This document shows, piece by piece, positions 44,744 through 50,652 of a stretch of 50,652 nucleotides of DNA. The first letter of the stretch is position 1, and the number at the start of each line of letters is the position of its first letter. Made by a program: the position numbers and the translations under genes. Source of the stretch: an uncultured Thiotrichales bacterium (GTDB lineage: Bacteria; Pseudomonadota; Gammaproteobacteria; CAZUMV01); NCBI GenBank assembly GCA_938042355.1, contig CALIRD010000133.1, positions 1 to 50,652 on the forward strand, written 5' to 3'. The notes below the pieces were generated by a model that was not told the DNA's origin, searched no databases, and saw only the letters and a list, made by a program, of their open reading frames with translations.

Positions 44744-46082
44744 CAAAAGTTCCGCTTCTGAATTGACGCGCAATTTCATACGCTTTGTGATTGTCGTTGG
44801 TGTAGACAGATCCATTTAATCCATACGGTGAGTCGTTGGCGATGCGAATAGCATCTGCTTCATCTGAGCACGGTATGACGCAAAGTACGGGACCGAATAT
44901 TTCTTCCTGGGCAATTGTCATGTTGTTATCAACATTCGCAAATACGGTTGGTTCAATGTAAAACCCTTGCGTTAGATGTGATGGACGCTTTCCACCGGTC
45001 GCCAACGCTGCTCCTTCTTCAATACCTTTTGCGATGTAACGTTCGATACGCTCAAGCTGTGACTTCGTGGTGATCGGCCCTAGCTGCGTTTTTGGATCAT
45101 ACGGCTCACCAACAATGATTTTTTCCATGGCTGCAACCAGATATTGAACAAACTCATCGTGACGACCACGAGAAACAATAATACGTGTGAGAGCAGCACA
45201 ATTCTGACCACTCATTACGGCTATACCGCTGGCCAGATCATCGGCGGCGGTTTGCAAGTCATAATCATCGAGTATGACAGCTGCTGATTTCCCGCCAAGC
45301 TCAAGCGTCACACGTGCAATTCGATCTGCACAAACCGAAGCAATATGTTGGCCGGTTGCCACACTGCCGGTGAAACTAACTTTGTCGATATGTGGATCGC
45401 GCACTAAATGATCCGAGGCATCTCGCTCGGCTGTAACGAGATTCAAAACGCCGGGGGGGAAACCCGACTCATCCGCACACTCAGCTAACAGATAAGCCTC
45501 GATCGGTGTTTGCGGTGCCGGCTTCATAATCACAGTACAGCCCGCCACCAAAGCGGGTCCGACTTTCGTCAGCATTGATGCCAGTGGCGCATTCCAGGGG
45601 GCAATTGCTGCCACCACACCTACCGGCTCATGAATCAGCATATTGCCGCTGTTTTCGGGAGGATGTTTTTCTATAAAGGAAAATGAAGTCGCTTGTTCAA
45701 TCGAACGATCAACGGCTGTGGCAGCATACTCAAGAGAATTATCTGACATCGATGTAATGACGCCGGTAGATTCGGTCCAGGCGGTTGCGAATTCCTTGCG
45801 TCGTCGTCGTAATGCCGTAGCAAAAACTTCCAGAATTTTTGCTCGCTCTAACGGCGTCATTCTTGCCCATGGACCGCTTTCAAATGCTTTATGAGCAGCA
45901 TCGACCGCCGCATCTACATCTTCAATGACCGCCTCGGCGACTTGAAAGACTACTTCCTCGGTAAATGGAGAGATGACATCAAGCAATCGATTGGTAGAGG
46001 GAACTACCCACTCGCCCCCGATATAGAGGTGTCGAAAATTGCTAGTGTCTAGTTCATGGGCTCGAGATGCTGTATGTGACAT
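44607..46082 (-). CDS. NAD(P)-dependent aldehyde dehydrogenase
   Basis: ALDH motifs: FTGSVATG, LELGGKSAAVIL (catalytic Glu), SGQNCAALTRIIV (catalytic Cys), EEIFGPV. ATG 46082 is preferred over TTG 46088. Confidence 0.92.
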   Translation of the reverse strand: MSHTASRAHELDTSNFRHLYIGGEWVVPSTNRLLDVISPFTEEVVFQVAEAVIEDVDAAVDAAHKAFESGPWARMTPLERAKILEVFATALRRRRKEFATAWTESTGVITSMSDNSLEYAATAVDRSIEQATSFSFIEKHPPENSGNMLIHEPVGVVAAIAPWNAPLASMLTKVGPALVAGCTVIMKPAPQTPIEAYLLAECADESGFPPGVLNLVTAERDASDHLVRDPHIDKVSFTGSVATGQHIASVCADRIARVTLELGGKSAAVILDDYDLQTAADDLASGIAVMSGQNCAALTRIIVSRGRHDEFVQYLVAAMEKIIVGEPYDPKTQLGPITTKSQLERIERYIAKGIEEGAALATGGKRPSHLTQGFYIEPTVFANVDNNMTIAQEEIFGPVLCVIPCSDEADAIRIANDSPYGLNGSVYTNDNHKAYEIARQFRSGTFGQNGTKASFAIAFGGFGQSGLGREGGLKGLLPYLEPKTVMLNERP

Positions 46083-46339
46083 TTTCAAATACTCGTATAT
46101 TGCAGACTTAGATGGATAATATCACCTGCTTCTATCCTCACTTATGCTTGCTGCAGACTGTATCGGCTAGCGGAAATTGCAATGATCTATTTCTATAGTA
46201 TTGAGAGCTAATTAATACTCTGAGATTTCACGTTTCTTGTCAATGATCACAAGAACCAATAAGTTCATGCTTGTAACGCTATTTCTTCGCGCTGGAACTG
46301 CTAAAATATCAATCACTATTCAAACCCTGAATCTGGCTT

Positions 46340-46834
46340 ATGAAATTATTTATTTATATCCTGGCACTGTTGCTGTTCACCACATCTCTGACTGCAGAGA
46401 CGCTGCGCCTCTCAGAGCCGGTGCAAACTGATACAACATCTGAAACTTTTGGGGCGCCGGTGGATGAGTTTCCACCTCTGGATAATATTGCCAACTTGCT
46501 AAATCATCCAGATTTATACCAGGGACGTTCAATAGCAGTAACTGCTACAGTAAAAAAAGTATGTAAAAAAAAGGGCTGTTTCTTTATTGCGCAACAAAAT
46601 GAGCATGTTATCCGGGTTGCTTTCAAGGATTATAGCTTTTTTGTACCAACCAATATTGATAACCGAAACGTTACGCTTTTAGGGGAACTTACCAAACGTG
46701 TAATCACTGAAAAAGAAGCTGAACATTTTTCGGCTGATCTTGGAGTAACAAACAGCGTTCAAAGTGGACATTTATACGAGATTATTGCGAGTTCGGTGCG
46801 AGTTGATTTACCACAAACCGATAACCCGTCCTGA
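46340..46834 (+). CDS. Exported protein, DUF4920-like
   Basis: Signal peptide MKLFIYILALLLFTTSLTA|ET. The VCKKKGCFFIAQ segment resembles the DUF4920 C..KGCW motif as recalled. Confidence 0.55.
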   Translation: MKLFIYILALLLFTTSLTAETLRLSEPVQTDTTSETFGAPVDEFPPLDNIANLLNHPDLYQGRSIAVTATVKKVCKKKGCFFIAQQNEHVIRVAFKDYSFFVPTNIDNRNVTLLGELTKRVITEKEAEHFSADLGVTNSVQSGHLYEIIASSVRVDLPQTDNPS

Positions 46835-46994
46835 TGATTGAGTTCATAGTTGAGGTAATTGGTTTCCTGACATTATTCGTACAGCGATGTATTGGTCTGC
46901 CTGCTTCGCAATAGCCACGAGTCACTGTTATAGTAAATTCTGTTGCTAGCGGTTCAGCACAGATCGCATAACTTTCTGCCAGGTTGGAAATATC

Positions 46995-47735
46995 ATGAAA
47001 AAACGCATTGAGGCTCATTTAGTTGCCGCAGGAAAATATCACGATATAGACTTCGCGCGTCTTGAAATTCTAAAACTGCTTGCCGAGCACCCGGAAGTTC
47101 GCACCACCGTCGCCTGTGACTATAGTAATACCAAGCGTATTTCTGACTGCCAATTATTAGTGACTTATTGTTGTGATCTCATGCCCGCGGAAGAGGAACT
47201 CAGCACGATCAAAACCTGGCTGCAAAGCGGTGGTAAATGGCTGGCGTTACACGGTACCAATTCAATCCTGAAATTTACGGATGCTGGCGTGGATACGCCG
47301 GATGAAAGACCGGACGTTATGGAAGTACTGGGCACCCAGTTTAAAGCGCACCCACCGATTGCTCCCTTCACGGTTGAAGTGGTAGACGACAAACATGAAT
47401 TATCAGCAGGTATTTCTGATTTTGAAATCGAGGATGAACTGTATTTATCTGAAACCACCGCAGATATCAAAATACTGATGCAAACCAGCTTTGAAGGCAA
47501 AGCGTCCGGATTTATCAAAAAGAATTGGCCAGAAACATCGGTGCCGGTGCTGTACACAAGAAAGCTGGGAGAAGGCATGGTTGTCTACAACACGCTCGGG
47601 CATTGTCGTGGTCACTATGACTTACCCGGCTTGCAGGACTTTTACCCCAACCCGGAGAGATGCGCCTGGAACTATGATGTGTACTATGAAATGTTGAGGC
47701 GTGGCATTGCATGGGGCATACGCGCCGAAGCATAA
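46995..47735 (+). CDS. ThuA-domain (class-I glutamine-amidotransferase-like fold) protein
   Basis: 246 aa. GGKWLALHGT, FKAHPPIAPFTVEV, DELYLSE and VVYNTLGH are laid out as in ThuA-family proteins. Confidence 0.6.
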   Translation: MKKRIEAHLVAAGKYHDIDFARLEILKLLAEHPEVRTTVACDYSNTKRISDCQLLVTYCCDLMPAEEELSTIKTWLQSGGKWLALHGTNSILKFTDAGVDTPDERPDVMEVLGTQFKAHPPIAPFTVEVVDDKHELSAGISDFEIEDELYLSETTADIKILMQTSFEGKASGFIKKNWPETSVPVLYTRKLGEGMVVYNTLGHCRGHYDLPGLQDFYPNPERCAWNYDVYYEMLRRGIAWGIRAEA

Positions 47736-47774
47736 AGCTACCCGACCACCAATCAACCTGAAGAGTAACCTAAG

Positions 47775-48308
47775 ATGGCAAACCCGACTAATAACGTAGC
47801 GATACAAAATGCATGGTTAGTGTCTGACATTGAAAATGTTGCCCGGCAATGGTCCAGTGCCTTGAATATAGGCCCCTTTTATCTCGCTGAATACACAAGC
47901 GATATGTTTGAAACGCTCGAATATCGCGGTACGCCCGGCAAGTTACAGATGAAAACTGCCATTGCCTATGCAGGCAATGTACAAATTGAGCTGGTAGAAC
48001 CCGTCGGTGTCTATCCTTGTGCTTACTATGACACCATACCGGAGGGCACCACCGGATTTCATCATTTGTGTTACTGGAGTGATGATATCGATGCTGACCT
48101 TGCACACTACCAAAAACAAGGTTTTGAAATAGCCAACTTCGGCAAAATGGCTGGCGGTCCGCGCTTCGCCTACGTGGATGCCAGCGCTACATTGGGTTGC
48201 ATGATCGAGTTACTGGAACGCGCCACAGGTATCGAAAAACTGTTCAATAGCTGGAAAGAAAAAGCCGAGGACTGGAAAGCAGGCAATTCCTCAATCATTA
48301 AACTCTAA
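47775..48308 (+). CDS. VOC (glyoxalase/dioxygenase-fold) family protein
   Basis: 177 aa. The segment AYAGNVQIELVEP...GFHHLCYW is typical of VOC-family metal-binding modules. Confidence 0.6.
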   Translation: MANPTNNVAIQNAWLVSDIENVARQWSSALNIGPFYLAEYTSDMFETLEYRGTPGKLQMKTAIAYAGNVQIELVEPVGVYPCAYYDTIPEGTTGFHHLCYWSDDIDADLAHYQKQGFEIANFGKMAGGPRFAYVDASATLGCMIELLERATGIEKLFNSWKEKAEDWKAGNSSIIKL

Positions 48309-48328
48309 TACACGGTAAACGAATAATA

Positions 48329-49087
48329 ATGTTTGAGAATAAAGTGTGTGTAGTAACGGGGGCGGGCTCGGGTATCGGACAAGCAACGGCTATTGAGTTT
48401 GCCGAACGCGGTGCCAAGCTTGCCATTCTCGACCGTGATCAAGAAGGCCTGAAGGCAACCTCAACCATGCTTGCGGGAAAAGACCGTGACACACTCTCAC
48501 TAACAGTGGATGTGAATCAGGCGAGCAAAGTTGAAGCGGCGTTTACCAGAATTGATGAAACATTTGGTCGTATTGACTTTGTGGTAGCCAATGCCGGCAT
48601 ATCCGGCAGCCCTGAAGATGGCCTCACAGCAGACATGCCACTGGAAACCTGGCACAAGATCATAGGTGTAAATTTAAACGGCGCTTTCTATACGGCAAAA
48701 TTCGGGCTCAAACAAATGCTCAATTCCGGTGACGGTGGTGTGATAGTTTTTATCTCGTCGATTATGGGCCAGATTTCCAACCCGGGTATTAGCCCTTATG
48801 TAGCGAGCAAACATGCTGTAGTGGGTTTGTCGAAAACAATCGCGGCAGAATATGGCGCACAAAATATACGATCATTGGCAGTAGCACCTGGTTTTATTGA
48901 AACACCAATGACTGACATAATTACACAGGACGAAGCAATACTAGGCGGTGTTTTAGCCATGACACCCATGGCTCGAACTGGCAAAGCGCAAGAAGTGGCA
49001 AGCTTTATTGCTACGCTGTGTTCTGAAGATGCGTCTTTTGTCTCTGGTGGATACTACCCGGTTGATGGTGGTTATCTCGCCACCTGA
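48329..49087 (+). CDS. SDR-family oxidoreductase (FabG-like)
   Basis: VCVVTGAGSGIGQATA, NAGI, SSIMGQISNPGISPYVASKHAV (S...YxxxK), GGYYPVDGGY. Confidence 0.88.
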   Translation: MFENKVCVVTGAGSGIGQATAIEFAERGAKLAILDRDQEGLKATSTMLAGKDRDTLSLTVDVNQASKVEAAFTRIDETFGRIDFVVANAGISGSPEDGLTADMPLETWHKIIGVNLNGAFYTAKFGLKQMLNSGDGGVIVFISSIMGQISNPGISPYVASKHAVVGLSKTIAAEYGAQNIRSLAVAPGFIETPMTDIITQDEAILGGVLAMTPMARTGKAQEVASFIATLCSEDASFVSGGYYPVDGGYLAT

Positions 49088-49150
49088 CTACACCTGCATA
49101 AGTTTACAAAAGATAGTGATCGTACCGCTAACTATTGATCGAGAATCTAT

Positions 49151-49990
49151 TTGAAAGACCTGAAAAACAAATGTGCTGTTATTACCGGAGCTGCTTCGGG
49201 TATCGGCCAGGCTGTCGCCACACATGCCAGTGTCAATGGCATGAACGTCATCATGACCGATGTGAACGAAGCGGCGCTGACAACGGCGGCAAATACCATC
49301 AATCAATCACCTCTAAATACCGGGCAAATAAATAGCTTCGTTGCTGATATATCCAAAGCCGAAGAGGTGCATGCATTGCAACAGTTCACCAGTGAGCAAT
49401 TTGGCGATGTGTGTTTACTGGTGAACTGTGCAGGCGTTTTGATTAATAAATTTTTGTGGGAACACACCTCAGATAACTGGGCCTTTCTGCATGGCATCAA
49501 TATAGGCGGAGTTTGCAATACCATCTCGGAATTTGTACCTCATATGATCGCGAGCCAAAACGAAGCATGGATCGTGAATATTGGCTCAATTGCGAGCTTC
49601 TTCCCTTCACCTTTACTGGGTTCTTATTCAAGCTCGAAAGCGGCCGTGCTTAGCATTAGCGAAACGCTTAAATATGAACTGGACAGCATCAAGGCACCTA
49701 TCGGGGTTTCTTTTGTTGCACCCGGGCCAGTGAAAACTGCCATCATGAAACCTGAAAACCCTATCGTTACTGACAATGAATCCGAAACCGGTAGCGCCAT
49801 GCGCGCACAAATGAGCAATGCACTTGATCAAATCGGCATGGAACCAGCAGAAGTCGCAACGATGATTTTTGATGCCATCAACAAGCAGCAGTTTTGGGTA
49901 TTTCCTCATCCTACTATGATGGAAGGCCTGACAACTCGCTCAGACGATATCCTCAATCTGGTTAATCCAGAATATCAGGTGGATTTCTAG
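49151..49990 (+). CDS. SDR-family oxidoreductase
   Basis: CAVITGAASGIGQA, NCAGV, GSIASFFPSPLLGSYSSSKAAV. TTG start. Confidence 0.82.
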   Translation: MKDLKNKCAVITGAASGIGQAVATHASVNGMNVIMTDVNEAALTTAANTINQSPLNTGQINSFVADISKAEEVHALQQFTSEQFGDVCLLVNCAGVLINKFLWEHTSDNWAFLHGINIGGVCNTISEFVPHMIASQNEAWIVNIGSIASFFPSPLLGSYSSSKAAVLSISETLKYELDSIKAPIGVSFVAPGPVKTAIMKPENPIVTDNESETGSAMRAQMSNALDQIGMEPAEVATMIFDAINKQQFWVFPHPTMMEGLTTRSDDILNLVNPEYQVDF

Positions 49991-50021
49991 ACTGATGCAT
50001 TGTAAATAATACTGAAATAGC

Positions 50022-50652
50022 ATGCCGACCAACACTAAAGAAATACGCTTTGCCATTATTGGTGCCGGTATGGCGGGAATCCTCAGTGCCATAAAACTGA
50101 TTGAGGCTGGACATACCAACATCACGATTTATGAAAAAGCAGAAAGCCCGGGCGGCACCTGGTTTTATAACACCTACCCCGGACTGACCTGTGATGTACC
50201 TTCTCATTCCTATACCTATTCATTTGCACCTAATCCCAACTGGAGTCGCTACCTGCCTCCAGGGCCGGAAGTCAGAGCGTATTTTGAACAAGTTGCCACA
50301 GACTATGAGCTGAACAATATTATTCAATTTAATCAGGAAGTCATTTCCTGCAATTTTAATAACCACCAATGGCAGCTCGAAACCAGACAAGGGCTCAGTA
50401 GTACGGTAGATATCGTTATCGCTGCCACCGGGGTGCTGCATGATCCGAAACTACCCGTTATAAAGGGCATGCAATCATTTTCTGGACCAGCTTTTCATAG
50501 TGCACATTTTGATCACTCAATAGATCTGCAAGACAAGAAGGTTGGTGTGATTGGCAATGGCTCAACCGGTGTGCAACTCGTGTCTGCTCTGGTTTCAATG
50601 GCAGCTGAGGTCAATCACTTTCAACGCACAGCGCAATGGATAATGCCGGTCG
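50022..50652 (+). CDS. Flavin-dependent (Baeyer-Villiger/FMO-type) monooxygenase, N-terminal part (3' end lies outside the window)
   Basis: My own translation: MPTNTKEIRFAIIGAGMAGILSA (FAD GxGxxG), GGTW..N.YPG...D, FSGPAFHSAHFD (BVMO/FMO fingerprint), VGVIGNGSTGVQ (NADPH GxGxxG). It is absent from the ORF track because the frame is open to the window end. Confidence 0.85.
   Translation, partial: MPTNTKEIRFAIIGAGMAGILSAIKLIEAGHTNITIYEKAESPGGTWFYNTYPGLTCDVPSHSYTYSFAPNPNWSRYLPPGPEVRAYFEQVATDYELNNIIQFNQEVISCNFNNHQWQLETRQGLSSTVDIVIAATGVLHDPKLPVIKGMQSFSGPAFHSAHFDHSIDLQDKKVGVIGNGSTGVQLVSALVSMAAEVNHFQRTAQWIMPV

Noticed and set aside
46232-46256. Inverted repeat TTCTTGT-N8-ACAAGAA between the ALDH and DUF4920 genes
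   Set aside because: The arms are only 7 bp. It could be an operator but is within chance expectation for a 250-nt AT-rich region.
1-50652. Looked for CRISPR arrays, tRNA or rRNA genes, IS elements, integrases and phage or defence-system genes
   Set aside because: No short regularly spaced repeats, no cloverleaf-like or rRNA-like segments in the intergenic regions, and no translated ORF with transposase, recombinase, nuclease-helicase or toxin-antitoxin signatures. The only long repeat is the 235-bp junction duplication already reported.

Overview
This 50.6-kb window looks chromosomal and gammaproteobacterial. That assignment is an inference from how closely the BaeS/BaeR, AceE, GrxC, Fe-SOD and 1600-aa NAD-GDH products match enterobacterial and pseudomonad proteins as I recall them. 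GC is moderate to low. I found no rRNA, tRNA, CRISPR array, integrase, transposase or phage gene.

Gene content is about 45 CDS, mostly catabolic and redox genes:
- Acyl-CoA genes: thiolase, hydratases, a two-gene acyl-CoA dehydrogenase pair, several SDRs and a partial Baeyer-Villiger monooxygenase.
- A tpa-xsc taurine/sulfoacetaldehyde pair.
- An oxidative-stress stretch: sodB, a DM13 protein, two glutaredoxins, a hydrolase-OsmC fusion and a photolyase-family protein.
- Two two-component systems (BaeSR-like and DesK/NarL-like) and three AraC/Lrp-type regulators.

The most unusual locus is at 39.6-44.7 kb. An Lrp-type regulator, an AceE-type E1 and a tightly coupled E2 with no lipoyl domain lie between two copies of the same aldehyde-dehydrogenase/PepSY gene junction. 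The junction copies share a 235-bp core with 6 mismatches. One copy preserves the PepSY gene and the other preserves the dehydrogenase. This is the signature of a recombinational (Campbell-like) insertion.

Other points worth a second look:
- An orphan lipoyl-bearing E2 in an operon with an APH-like kinase.
- Two MDR oxidoreductases with export signals, one of them Tat-type.
- An RclR/RclC-like module carrying a glutaredoxin.
- A perfect 11+11-bp palindrome in a divergent promoter.

All homology statements come from reading the translations and from recalled family motifs, not from database searches.
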